Origin: an uncultured Actinomycetota bacterium
Lineage (GTDB): Bacteria > Actinomycetota > Actinomycetes > Propionibacteriales > Nocardioidaceae
Length of the DNA stretch: 64,000 nucleotides
NCBI GenBank assembly: GCA_963793315.1
Contig: CAWBZR010000006.1
Coordinates: 218,141 to 282,140, forward strand
Reading direction: 5' to 3'
The translations under genes and the position numbers were made by a program. This document shows, piece by piece, positions 54,852 to 64,000 of this stretch (position 1 is the first letter of the stretch; every line of letters starts with the position of its first letter). Under the pieces are notes generated by a model. It had not been told where the DNA came from, made no database searches, and was given only the letters and a program-made list of their open reading frames with translations.

Positions 54852-55370
54852 ATGAGCGAGCACCCCCAGGTCGGGATCGTGATGGGCTCCGACTCCGACT
54901 GGCCGGTGATGAAGGCGGCCGCGACCGCGCTGGAGGAGTTCGACGTGCCGTTCGAGGCCGACGTCGTCTCCGCGCACCGGATGCCCGAGGAGATGCTGGC
55001 CTACGGCAGGGAGGCGGCCGACCGGGGACTCCGGGTGATCATCGCCGGGGCCGGGGGAGCGGCCCACCTGCCCGGGATGCTCGCCGCGATCACCCCCCTG
55101 CCGGTGATCGGCGTGCCCGTGCCGCTGGAGAACCTCGACGGCCTCGACTCGCTGCTCTCGATCGTGCAGATGCCGGCCGGCGTGCCGGTCGCCACGGTCG
55201 CGATCGGCAACGCGCGGAACGCCGGGCTGCTCGCCGTCCGCATCCTGGCCACCGCCGACGACGGGTTGCGCGGCCGGATGGCCGAGTTCCAGGCGTCGCT
55301 CAAGGACGCGGCCCAGGCCAAGGGCGCGACGGTCCGCAACGACGCCGGGCCACGGAGGCTCGGCTTCTGA
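54852..55370 (+). CDS. purE: N5-CAIR mutase
   Basis: [20 protein letters not shown] and SIVQMP motifs. Confidence 0.97.
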   Translation: MSEHPQVGIVMGSDSDWPVMKAAATALEEFDVPFEADVVSAHRMPEEMLAYGREAADRGLRVIIAGAGGAAHLPGMLAAITPLPVIGVPVPLENLDGLDSLLSIVQMPAGVPVATVAIGNARNAGLLAVRILATADDGLRGRMAEFQASLKDAAQAKGATVRNDAGPRRLGF

Positions 55371-56569
55371 GCCGGTCCCCGAGGCTGGTCGGCCTCGACG
55401 TCGCCCGGTGCCTGGCGCTGCTGGGCATGGTCGCCGCGCACGTGCTCGACGCGCGCACCCCAGCGGGCCGGCTCAGCTGGCACGCCTGGCTCGTGGAGGG
55501 ACGGGCCTCGGCGCTGTTCGCGGTGCTGGCGGGGGTGAGCCTCACCCTGATGTCGCGGCACACGAACGCGGTCGGACTGGCAACGCGCGCGGTGCTCGTG
55601 GCGCTGCTCGGGCTGGGCCTCGGCCAGCTCGACTCCGGCCTGGCCGTGATCCTCACCTACTACGGGCTGCTCTTCCTGCTGGGGCTTCCGTTCGTGAAGC
55701 TGCGGGCCGGGTCCCTGTTCGCGTGGGCCTGCGGATGGGCCGTGGCCGCGCCCGTCGTCTCCCAGCTGTTGCGGGCGCACCTGCCGGTGCGCGGCGCGGC
55801 CAGCCCGGCGTTCGACCAGCTCGCCGACCCCACGCAGCTCCTCTCCGAGCTGCTCCTCACGGGCTACTACCCGTGCCTGACCTGGCTGGCCTACCTCCTG
55901 CTCGGCATGGCCGTCGGCCGCTGCGACCTGCGGTCGCGGTCGGTGCACGTCGGGCTGCTGCTGGGCGGGCTGTCGGTGGCGGTCCTGGCGTTCGTGGTGT
56001 CGCGCTCGCTCACGGAGCAGCCGTGGGTGCTGCGCCGGCTGGTCCCGGACGCCGGGGCGTACGGCGACGTGTCGACGTCCGACGCGCTCGTCGACGCGAT
56101 CTCCGGGGGCATGCACGGCACGACGCCGGCCGGTGGCTCATGGGCCTGGCTGTTGGTGGTGGCGCCGCACAGCGGGACGCCGTTCGACCTGCTCGAGACC
56201 GGAGCCGGCGCCGCTCTCGTGATCGGCCTGTGTCTGTTGGCGGTCTCTGCCCTGCGCCCGGCGGCCGAGCGAGATGCGGCCATCGCATTCGGTGCCGGGA
56301 CGATGACGCTCACCCTCTACAGCCTGCACGTGCTCATGCGCACCGAGCAGGTCTGGCCGGCGGAGCGGCCACCCCCGTCGATGGGGGCCGTCTTCGGCTC
56401 GCACGTCCTGGTGCTCATGGCGATCGGTGCGGTCTTCGTGGCGGCCCGGCGACGCGGGCCGCTCGAGGCTGCCGTGTCCGGGATCAGTGCGGCGGCCACG
56501 CGTCGCACCCGGGCAGGGCACCGCCCGGGCTGCGAGGACCCCACGGAGGCCTCGCAACCCGGACGGTGA
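55367..56569 (+). CDS. HGSNAT / DUF418-like membrane protein (start codon uncertain)
   Basis: [34 protein letters not shown] and GPLE motifs. Confidence 0.82.
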   Translation: MSRSPRLVGLDVARCLALLGMVAAHVLDARTPAGRLSWHAWLVEGRASALFAVLAGVSLTLMSRHTNAVGLATRAVLVALLGLGLGQLDSGLAVILTYYGLLFLLGLPFVKLRAGSLFAWACGWAVAAPVVSQLLRAHLPVRGAASPAFDQLADPTQLLSELLLTGYYPCLTWLAYLLLGMAVGRCDLRSRSVHVGLLLGGLSVAVLAFVVSRSLTEQPWVLRRLVPDAGAYGDVSTSDALVDAISGGMHGTTPAGGSWAWLLVVAPHSGTPFDLLETGAGAALVIGLCLLAVSALRPAAERDAAIAFGAGTMTLTLYSLHVLMRTEQVWPAERPPPSMGAVFGSHVLVLMAIGAVFVAARRRGPLEAAVSGISAAATRRTRAGHRPGCEDPTEASQPGR

Positions 56570-56659
56570 TCCGGGGGCGCCGGGGGCGAGGCTGCTGGAG
56601 ACCTCGACCCTCGGCACCGTCGGGAGGGGACGGCCGGCCATGGGGACCCGCCGTCGTGG

Positions 56660-57325
56660 TCAGGGCAGGTCGTCCTCGACGACCGGATACTGGCGCAGCA
56701 TGCTCTGCATCATGTCGAGCACCCGGTTCGTGTTGCGTTCGACCTTCTCGAGCATCGTGCGCTGGACGTCCGTGAGCGGACCTGCGTCCTGGGTCTGCAA
56801 CAGCTCGAGGTAGCCGAGGATGATCGCGACCGGCGTGCGCAGCTCGTGGCTGACGCTCGCCGCGTAGTCGTCGCCGAACCGCGCCAGCTGGGCCGGCCAG
56901 TCCGTCGACGGCGAAGGTTCCGGCACGAGCTGCGGCGTCTCCAGGAGCACGACGAAGGCAATGACCTCGTCCGTGCCGCCGTAGACCGGAGTGACGGTGG
57001 TGTTGACGCGGACTCGAGTCGAGTCCTCGCGCACGTAGGTCCAACGCTGGCGCTCGTAGGGCACTCGCCCTCCGCGGACGCCCGCGAAGACGACCTCGAG
57101 CTCGTCCGGACCACCGACTCCGAACTCCCGAGCGCGCATCTCGAGCTCGTTCGCGACGTGTACGTCGCGGAGGGACCGCCCGACCAGTGCCTCGGCGCTC
57201 TGGCCGAGCAGCCGCTCCGCGGCCCAGGACAGGTGCCGGATCACGCCGGAGGCGTCGGTGGCGATGACTGCACGCGAGTCCGCCTCGGTCGACGGTCGGC
57301 TCGTGGCAGCGCTGAGTGTCGGCAT
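56660..57325 (-). CDS. PAS-HisKA protein lacking the HATPase domain
   Basis: PAS (VIATDASGVI..AAERLLG), H-box VSHELRTPV, stop about 55 aa later; GAAGGA RBS. Confidence 0.8.
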   Translation of the reverse strand: MPTLSAATSRPSTEADSRAVIATDASGVIRHLSWAAERLLGQSAEALVGRSLRDVHVANELEMRAREFGVGGPDELEVVFAGVRGGRVPYERQRWTYVREDSTRVRVNTTVTPVYGGTDEVIAFVVLLETPQLVPEPSPSTDWPAQLARFGDDYAASVSHELRTPVAIILGYLELLQTQDAGPLTDVQRTMLEKVERNTNRVLDMMQSMLRQYPVVEDDLP

Positions 57326-57339
57326 GGTGGGTCCTTCTC

Positions 57340-57714
57340 TCAGAGCCCGAGCACGGGTCGGGCCGCCGGGGTCACGTAGGGGAAGCAGTTGAGGTCGGCG
57401 AGCATCTCCAGCACGCCGCGGTCGGGACGGCGCCGGTCGTCGAGGTGGCTCCGGAGCTCCTCCTCGCTCACGCGGGCCGCGACCGCGAGCGCCGCGATCT
57501 CGGCGCCGTACAGCTGGAGCCAGGCCCACAGCGACGAGGGCGACACCTGCGCGATCTCCCAGGTCTCCGACCACAGCCGGCGCGAGCACTCCGGGGCGAG
57601 CCACGTCGAGAGCAGCTCCTCCAGCCGTGCGCGGGTCGCACGCGGCGTCCAGCAGGTGCTCGTCGAGGGGATCCGAGAGCGGGTGCTGGGGGTGCCGAGC
57701 TGTGCGGTGGTCAT
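57340..57714 (-). CDS. Hypothetical protein
   Basis: 124-aa ORF with GGAG RBS; helical, Trp-rich; 14 bp upstream of the PAS-HisKA gene. Confidence 0.65.
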   Translation of the reverse strand: MTTAQLGTPSTRSRIPSTSTCWTPRATRARLEELLSTWLAPECSRRLWSETWEIAQVSPSSLWAWLQLYGAEIAALAVAARVSEEELRSHLDDRRRPDRGVLEMLADLNCFPYVTPAARPVLGL

Positions 57715-57841
57715 GGCTCCAGCATTCGCGCTCGGCCGCCTCGGAGTCAGACGCGCATGCTGGCACAGTGCTGGTGCATCGGTACCAGCCGGTCCTGGTC
57801 ACGTCCCGCCCTGACGGCGGGACCTTGTGCCCTACGCCAGG

Positions 57842-59452
57842 TCAGACGCGGGGCAGCCAGACCGAGATGGTGGTGCCGCTGGACTGGGTGTCCATCGAGA
57901 GCGAACCGCCGGCGACTTCGGCGCGGTCCAGCATCCCGCTGATGCCCCGGTGACCGGGCGGTGACGACCGCAGCCCCGGCGGGAGGCCCACGCCGTCGTC
58001 CGCCACCGACACGGTGACCCCGTCGTCGTCGAGGGCGACGAGGATCCTGACGGTCGTGGCCTTGGCGTGCTTGGCGACGTTGACCAAGGCTTCCTTCGCG
58101 ATCCGCACCGCCTGCGTGCGGGTGGCGATGGACAGCTCGAGCTCTCGCTGGTCTGGCTCGTTCTCGATCACCAGGTCCACCGGGCTGAGCTCGAAGATGT
58201 GGGCGGCGGCGTCCTCGAGAAGGTCGGTGAGGTGCGCGGTCGGGGCCACGGGCTCGAGCTCGAAGAGCAGGTTGCGCAGGCCGTCGCTGACCGAGGTGAT
58301 CGTCTCGTGGATGAGGATCACGTCGCGGACCAGGTCTGGCGCGGCCTTCGCCAGCTGCCGCTCGAGGAGCCCGAGCCGCAGGTCGAGGGCGGCGAGCGCC
58401 TGCACGGGCTCGTCGTGCACATCGGCGGCGATCCGCGTCCGCTCGCGCTCCTGGACAGTCACCAGGCGGCGCAACAGCTCGGTTCGGTGTGCCAGAGCGA
58501 GGTCGAGGTCGGCCTTCGCCTGGAACCTGTCGAGGGCCAGAGAGATGTTGTCGGCGCCGCTGATCAGCAGCGTGCACAGGCTGTCGTTGAAGACCCTCGC
58601 CTGCTCGGAGGCGAGGCAGAGGGTCGCGACGGTGCGCCCACGACTCTTCAGCGGCAGGACGCCGAACGCCTCGACCCCGTAAGTTGCCGCCTGCCGGGCC
58701 CGCATGGCGGGCGCGTCGGAGAAGTCGTTGACGAAGAACGGGCGCCCGGTGGCCAGGGACTTGAGGAACAGGGGTCCGGCGAAGTCGGGATCCCGCCCGT
58801 CACCCGGTTCCTCTTTGACGAAGCCCAGGACGCCTTGGCCGGCACTGGCCGCGACCAGCCTGGCGGCGAGGGGGCCTGCGCTGGCCAACACCTCGACCGC
58901 GTCGCCCGCGCCGAGGGCGAAGACCCACGCCCCGCTGAACCCGCCGTGCACGACCGCCACGTTGCAGATCCGGCGGAACAGTGTCGTCTCGTCGTCCGCC
59001 TTCGCCACGGCCTCGTTGAGCCGCGCGAGGGCCAGATAGCTGCGGCTCTGCCGGCGGACCCGTTCCTCGGCCTCCTGCCGGAGGGAGATGTCGAGCACGC
59101 TGGCCACCACCCAGTGGCCGGACGGGGTGTCGAGGGGGGTCAGGCTGATCTCCGCCGCGAACTGGGTGCCGTCCTTGCGCTGGCCCTTGAGGTCACGGTG
59201 CGCGTCGAGGGGTCGCGACGTAGGGGCCTCGAGATAGCCGTCCCGTTGCGCGACGTGGGCCCGGGCCCGAGCCTGAGGCACGAGCATCTCGATCGGCTCG
59301 CAGAGCATTTCCTCGGCGGTGAAGCCGAACACCTCGCTGGTGCGCGCGTTGACGTAGCGGATGATCGCGCTCTCATCGACGGCGACGACCGCCGTGGCTG
59401 CTGCGTCGAAGAGGTCGAAGACCGTCTGGCCCGTAGGTGCTGCGTCGTTCAT
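57842..59452 (-). CDS. PAS-GAF sensor histidine kinase (HisKA_3 / NarX type)
   Basis: PAS (RKDGTQF), GAF, ERTRIAADVHDE, EALVNVAKHA, DDGVG and GISGMLDR motifs. Confidence 0.92.
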   Translation of the reverse strand: MNDAAPTGQTVFDLFDAAATAVVAVDESAIIRYVNARTSEVFGFTAEEMLCEPIEMLVPQARARAHVAQRDGYLEAPTSRPLDAHRDLKGQRKDGTQFAAEISLTPLDTPSGHWVVASVLDISLRQEAEERVRRQSRSYLALARLNEAVAKADDETTLFRRICNVAVVHGGFSGAWVFALGAGDAVEVLASAGPLAARLVAASAGQGVLGFVKEEPGDGRDPDFAGPLFLKSLATGRPFFVNDFSDAPAMRARQAATYGVEAFGVLPLKSRGRTVATLCLASEQARVFNDSLCTLLISGADNISLALDRFQAKADLDLALAHRTELLRRLVTVQERERTRIAADVHDEPVQALAALDLRLGLLERQLAKAAPDLVRDVILIHETITSVSDGLRNLLFELEPVAPTAHLTDLLEDAAAHIFELSPVDLVIENEPDQRELELSIATRTQAVRIAKEALVNVAKHAKATTVRILVALDDDGVTVSVADDGVGLPPGLRSSPPGHRGISGMLDRAEVAGGSLSMDTQSSGTTISVWLPRV

Positions 59453-59485
59453 GATGCCCCGTCCGCACGTCAGCGGACGGCCACT

Positions 59486-59953
59486 CTACGACGTGGAGCC
59501 CGTCCGCGTCGGGTTCTCGCGCAGGACACGGCGCAGGGCGATTCCCGCTGTCGGGGCCGCGAGGATCACCTCGCCGTGGTAGATGCGAGCCACGAGGTCG
59601 CTGAGGGTGGAGCCGATGCGCCCCTTGGCGAGGTAGCCGACCACGCCCGCGCGCAGCATCGACTCGATGACGTCAGGAGACGTCTCGGCCGTGAGCGCGA
59701 CGACGAGCGGCTGGGTCCGCCGTCCGGGCTCGGCGGCCTGCTTGGCCAGCGCGCGCGCGCCGATGGCGCCGCCAGCAGGCATGCGCACGTCGATCAGGAC
59801 CACGTCCGGCTCGGTCGACGACGCCAGCTCGAGCAGCTCGTGGCCGTCGGCGGCCGAGCCGACCACCTCGATGCGCGGATCCGCCTCGAGCAGTCCGACA
59901 GCCGCGAGCCGGAACGCGGTGTCGTCATCTCCTACAACTACACGTATGGTCAT
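59486..59953 (-). CDS. Single-domain response regulator (NarL-type REC, no output domain)
   Basis: VVGDDD, DVVLIDVRMP, ALTA and GYLAK motifs; 155 aa. Confidence 0.88.
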   Translation of the reverse strand: MTIRVVVGDDDTAFRLAAVGLLEADPRIEVVGSAADGHELLELASSTEPDVVLIDVRMPAGGAIGARALAKQAAEPGRRTQPLVVALTAETSPDVIESMLRAGVVGYLAKGRIGSTLSDLVARIYHGEVILAAPTAGIALRRVLRENPTRTGSTS

Positions 59954-60052
59954 GCGATCCCAACCTCTTTCCCCCCGGGTTCATACTGCGGTGTCCCAGC
60001 CGGCTACTCCACCTGTGTGGGGGCTAGACGGATGATGCACACGCACTAGTCT

Positions 60053-60075
60053 CCTGACAGGGGATACATGTCAGG
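60053..60075. promoter_or_regulatory. Inverted repeat CCTGACA-N9-TGTCAGG between divergent response regulator genes
   Basis: Seen directly, 12 bp upstream of ATG 60088. Confidence 0.5.
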
Positions 60076-60087
60076 CTCCAGCCATAG

Positions 60088-60744
60088 ATGAACGAACAGA
60101 CGGCTCCACCCATTCGCGTGCTCATCGTGGACGACCACGACGTGTTCGCTTCGAGCCTTGCCCAGGTGCTCGCGCTCGAGCCCGATCTGCTCACGCTCGG
60201 CACGGCGCACACGATCGCCGAGGCCAGGTCGATGATCCCCAACACGCTGCCGGACGTGGTGCTGATGGACCACCGCCTGCCCGACGGTGACGGGGTCGCG
60301 GCCATCGCCGAGCTCCAGCCTCTCCGTCAGTCGACGAAGTACGTCGTCCTCACCGCCAGCACGGCCGACCACGTGCTCGTGACCGCCATCGAGGCCGGCG
60401 CCTCCGGTTTCCTCTCCAAGTCGCGCAGCCTGGAGGAGGTCAGGTCGGCGGTGCGGGCGGCACACAGCGGCGAGGCGGTGATCTCCCCAGAGCTCCTGGC
60501 CCGCCTGCTACCCAGGCTCAACCGGCGCCGGGAGCCGGGCCGGGTCGAGCTGACCGAGCGAGAGCTCGAGGTGTTGGCGCTCCTGGCCGACGGACTGCCC
60601 AACAGCGAGATCGCGGCCCGGCTGGTCGTCAGCGTGCACACGGTCCGCAACCACGTCGCCAACCTGTCCGCGAAGCTCGGTGCGCACTCCAAGCTCGAGG
60701 CGCTCTCGATCGCGATCCGCCAGGGGCTGCTGCCCGACCGGTGA
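60088..60744 (+). CDS. NarL/LuxR family response regulator
   Basis: IVDDH, LMDHRLPD and LTERELEVL..SVHTVRNHV motifs. Confidence 0.95.
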   Translation: MNEQTAPPIRVLIVDDHDVFASSLAQVLALEPDLLTLGTAHTIAEARSMIPNTLPDVVLMDHRLPDGDGVAAIAELQPLRQSTKYVVLTASTADHVLVTAIEAGASGFLSKSRSLEEVRSAVRAAHSGEAVISPELLARLLPRLNRRREPGRVELTERELEVLALLADGLPNSEIAARLVVSVHTVRNHVANLSAKLGAHSKLEALSIAIRQGLLPDR

Positions 60745-60756
60745 CGCCGGCCAGGA

Positions 60757-61183
60757 TCAGGTCCGGCGCTTGCGCCACTCGATGGCGGGGCAGGTGTCCA
60801 TGACCATCGGCACGCCGGCCGCCAGGGTCCGGTCGAACGCGTCGGCGTCGATGACGCCGAGCTGGAACCACACCGCCCTGTGCCCCGATCTCGACGGCCT
60901 GGTCAGCGAACTCGCCCGCGGCCTCCGAGCGGCGGAAGACGTCGACCACGTCGACGGGGAACGGCACGTCGGCAAGGGTCGCGTAGCCCTTCTCGCCGAG
61001 GACGACCAGGCCCTCGTCCGAGGCAGCCGCCGGGTGGATGGGGACGATCTGCTTGCCGCGCTCCTGGAGCAGCGCGGCGATCGAGTAGGCCGTCCGGCTG
61101 GTGTCTCCCGAGAGCCCCACCACCGCCCAGACCTTGCAGTCGTCGAGCATGAACCGGATCGCCTCGGCGTCCTGCCACGTCAT
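60757..61183 (-). CDS. CoA-binding protein (YccU-like; frameshift)
   Basis: WAVVGLS, VDVVDVFRRS, AVWFQLGV and VMDTCP motifs. Confidence 0.9.
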
Positions 61184-61490
61184 GACCCAAGCCTAGTGAC
61201 GCGTCTCAAGAGTCCTGGCGAGATTCACGCGCCCGTAGCGCGCACCTCCCGGCCCCGCCGGAGCTCGCAGGCCGGCCAGGACAGTCAGGACGGCGTGGAG
61301 GCTGACAGGACACTCGTGCCGGAGCCGAACGGACGAGCCGCGGCGATGACGCCGCGCGCGACGTCCGACAAAGGTATCTTGACGTGGTGGTGCCGGGCAC
61401 GGGGGCTGGCATGGGGGAGCCCGGCCGGTGTGACCAACACCGGTCGGGCGTCGCCCCTCTCGCTCCACGGACCGCCTTACGATGTGACTC

Positions 61491-62681
61491 ATGAGTAACG
61501 GTGACGGGGCCCCGCTGTTCGCGATGACCGAGGAGCACCGGGCCATCCGCGAGGCGGTGCGCGCGCTCTGCGAGGCCAAGGTGGCGCCGTACGCCGCCGA
61601 GGTCGACGAGCAGGCGCGCTACCCCGAGGAGGCCGCCGCGGCGCTGCTGGCCGCCGACTTCCACGCCCCCCACGTGCCCGAGGAGTACGGCGGCGCGGGA
61701 GCCGACGCGCTGGCCACCGTGCTGGTGATCGAGGAGGTCGCCCGCGTCGACATGTCCGCGTCGCTGATCCCGGCGGTCAACAAGCTGGGCTCGCTGCCGG
61801 TCCAGCTGGCGGGCTCGGAGGAGCTGAAGTAGCACTACCTGGGCGCGCTGGCCCGTGGCGAGGGCGGCTTCTCCTACTGCCTCTCCGAGCCGGACGCCGG
61901 CTCCGACGCGGTGGCGATGAAGACCCGGGCGGTCCGCGACGGCGACTTCTGGGTGCTCAACGGCGTGAAGCGGTGGATCACCAACGCCGGCCCTGGAAAG
62001 TGGGAGTCGGACTACTACACCGTGATGGCGGTCACCGACCCGGAGAAGCGGTCGCGCGGCATCTCGGCGTTCGTGGTGGAGAAGTCCGACGAGGGCGTCT
62101 CCTTCGGGGCGCCGGAGAAGAAGCTCGGCATCAAGGGATCGCCGACCCGCGAGGTCTACCTCGACAACGTGCGCATCCCGGCCGACCGGATGATCGGCGC
62201 GGAGGGCACCGGCTTCGAGACCGCGATGCGGACCCTCGACCACACGCGGGTGACCATCGCCGCGCAGGCCGTCGGTGTCGCCCAGGGTGCGCTGGACTAC
62301 GCGCTGGCCTACGCCAAGGAGCGGCAGCAGTTCGGGAAGCCGATCGCCGACCAGCAGGGGCTGCAGTTCCTGCTCGCCGACATGGGCATGAAGGTCGAGG
62401 CGGCCCGGCAGCTGACCTACGCCGCGGCTGGCCGCTCGCAGCGCAACGACCCGGACCTCACGTTCTTCGGCGCCGCCGCCAAGTGCTTCGCCTCCGACGT
62501 CGCCATGCAGGTCACCACCGACGCCGTCCAGGTGCTCGGCGGCTACGGCTTCACCCGCGACTACCCGGTCGAGCGGATGATGCGCGACGCCAAGATCACC
62601 CAGATCTACGAGGGCACCAACCAGGTCCAGCGCATCGTGATGGCCCGGCAGCTGCTGGCCGGGGTGCAGTCCCAGCTCTGA
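61491..62681 (+). CDS. Acyl-CoA dehydrogenase (in-frame TAG at 61830)
   Basis: YCLSEPDAGSDA, NGVKRWITN, RQQFGKPI and QIYEGTNQVQR motifs; both halves are in the same frame. Confidence 0.92.
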
Positions 62682-62750
62682 ACGGCGGATGTCAGACTGC
62701 TCCTGACGAGCGTCGAACGCTCGCGCGCTGACCTACTCGGAGGAAGCCTC

Positions 62751-64000
62751 ATGCCGTGTCGCCTGCCTGCCATCGCTGCTGTGGTCGTGGGCCTCCTGAT
62801 GCTGGTGACACCAGCGGCCGGCGCTGCGGACCGTGCGGCCGCCGCCAAGGCGAAGCCGGGCGCTCCGGGCTCGCTGACCGGCTACGGGTTCGACGCGTGC
62901 CAGGCACCGTCACAGCTGGTGATGGACGCGTGGTGGGAGGCCTCGCCGTACTCCGCGGTCGGCATCTACATCGGCGGCAGCAACCGGGTCTGCAAGGACC
63001 AGCCCGAGCTCACCGCGTGCCTGGGTCAAGCGCGCAGCAGCGCACCGGCTGGCACCTGATGCCGATCCAGGTGGGGCCGCAGGCGAGCTGCTCGGGATAC
63101 GCCGACCAGATGTCGTCCGACCTGGCCGCCGCAAAGGCGCAGGGACGCGCCGAGGCGTGCGACCGCGGTTGTGACCGCCCGAGGTCTCGGCATCGGCGCG
63201 GGGAGCACGCTCTACTACGACCTGGAGGACTACGACCTGGCCCCGACCGACTGCCGGCAGGCCGCGCTGTCGTTCGTGTCGGGCTGGACCGAGGGCCTGC
63301 ACGGCGCCGGCTTCGACTCGGGCGTCTACTCCAACATCGCCGCCGCGATCACCTCGCTCAGCTATGCCGACGTGGCGTCGCACGGCGACTACTCGATGCC
63401 CGACGACATCTGGTTCGCCTGGTCCAACAACAGGGCGGACACGGAGACCGGCAGCTGGGTCGGGAGCGATGAGTGGAACGACCACGAGCGGATCCACCAG
63501 TACGCCATCGACGTCGCCAAGCAGTCGTGGGGCGGCTACTCGCTGCCGAAGATCGACGTCAACTGGCTCGACGTCGGCAAGGGTTCCGTCGGCACGACCA
63601 GCAAGCCCCTGTGCCGCGGGGTCGACGTCGACCTGCGCCACTACCCGGTGCTCGGCCCGGGTCGCGCGGTCCCGGGGTCGCGGTGCTCCAGTGCGTCCTG
63701 CGCAAGCAGCACCTGTTGGCCGGCAGCCCCAACGGCAAGTACGACGCCCGCACGGTCAAGGCCGTGAAGAAGGCGCAGCGCAAGCTGGACCAGAAGCAGA
63801 CCGGCAAGGTCACCCGCCGCACCTGGGTGGCGCTGCTGGCCCGGGGCAAGCAGCCCCTGGTCAAGGTCGGCTCCACCGGGGACCCGGTCCGCCGGCTGCA
63901 GCGAGCCCTGGCGGCGGCGCTCGGGAAGCGCGTCACCGTCGACGGCGCGTTCTCACAGGCGACCGAGCGGGCCGTGAAGCGCTACCAGCGCAAGGCGCAC
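62751..64000 (+). CDS. DUF1906 glycoside hydrolase-like protein with peptidoglycan-binding domains (frameshifts, runs off window)
   Basis: Signal peptide; GYGFDAC, VGIYIGG, LYYDLE and RIHQY; C-terminal VRRLQRAL..VDGAF..T..AVKRYQ. Confidence 0.88.

Noticed and set aside
61830-61832. Pyrrolysine or stop-codon recoding
   Set aside because: Single instance at a non-catalytic position, no pyl genes in view, and TAG is used as a normal stop throughout the window

Overview
High-GC actinobacterial chromosome segment; gene content and order are Nocardioides-like (inference). The backbone is housekeeping: nucleoside/deoxyribose catabolism (punA, phosphomutase, deoC, two ALDH genes), two lipoamide-dehydrogenase-family genes, pyruvate carboxylase, biotin-dependent acyl-CoA carboxylase alpha/beta/epsilon with birA and maf, adenylate cyclase, purK/purE and acyl-CoA dehydrogenases. 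Many conserved genes are split by single-base frameshifts, most likely long-read indel errors, so coordinates for those genes are reconstructed across frames. The main structure not explained by genes is non-coding. Between the adenylate cyclase gene and purK (48.5-53.7 kb) lies an insertion hotspot in which an IS982 element and several non-autonomous inverted-repeat elements (MITE families called A, B and C here) are stacked at CTAG sites. They enclose a small cargo: a ParB/Srx-like protein, a Pro-1 tautomerase-like protein, a DUF222-HNH nuclease preceded by three REP-like repeats, and a GNAT. Related repeats recur elsewhere and supply stop codons to genes. Other notable items are a 380-bp palindrome, an HTH-HisKA pseudokinase beside a small DUF1059-like gene missed by the ORF track, an atypical PAS/REC signalling cluster and a split ALDH16-like pair. 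No CRISPR array, rRNA or tRNA was seen. All family assignments come from motif recognition by eye; no database searches were run.
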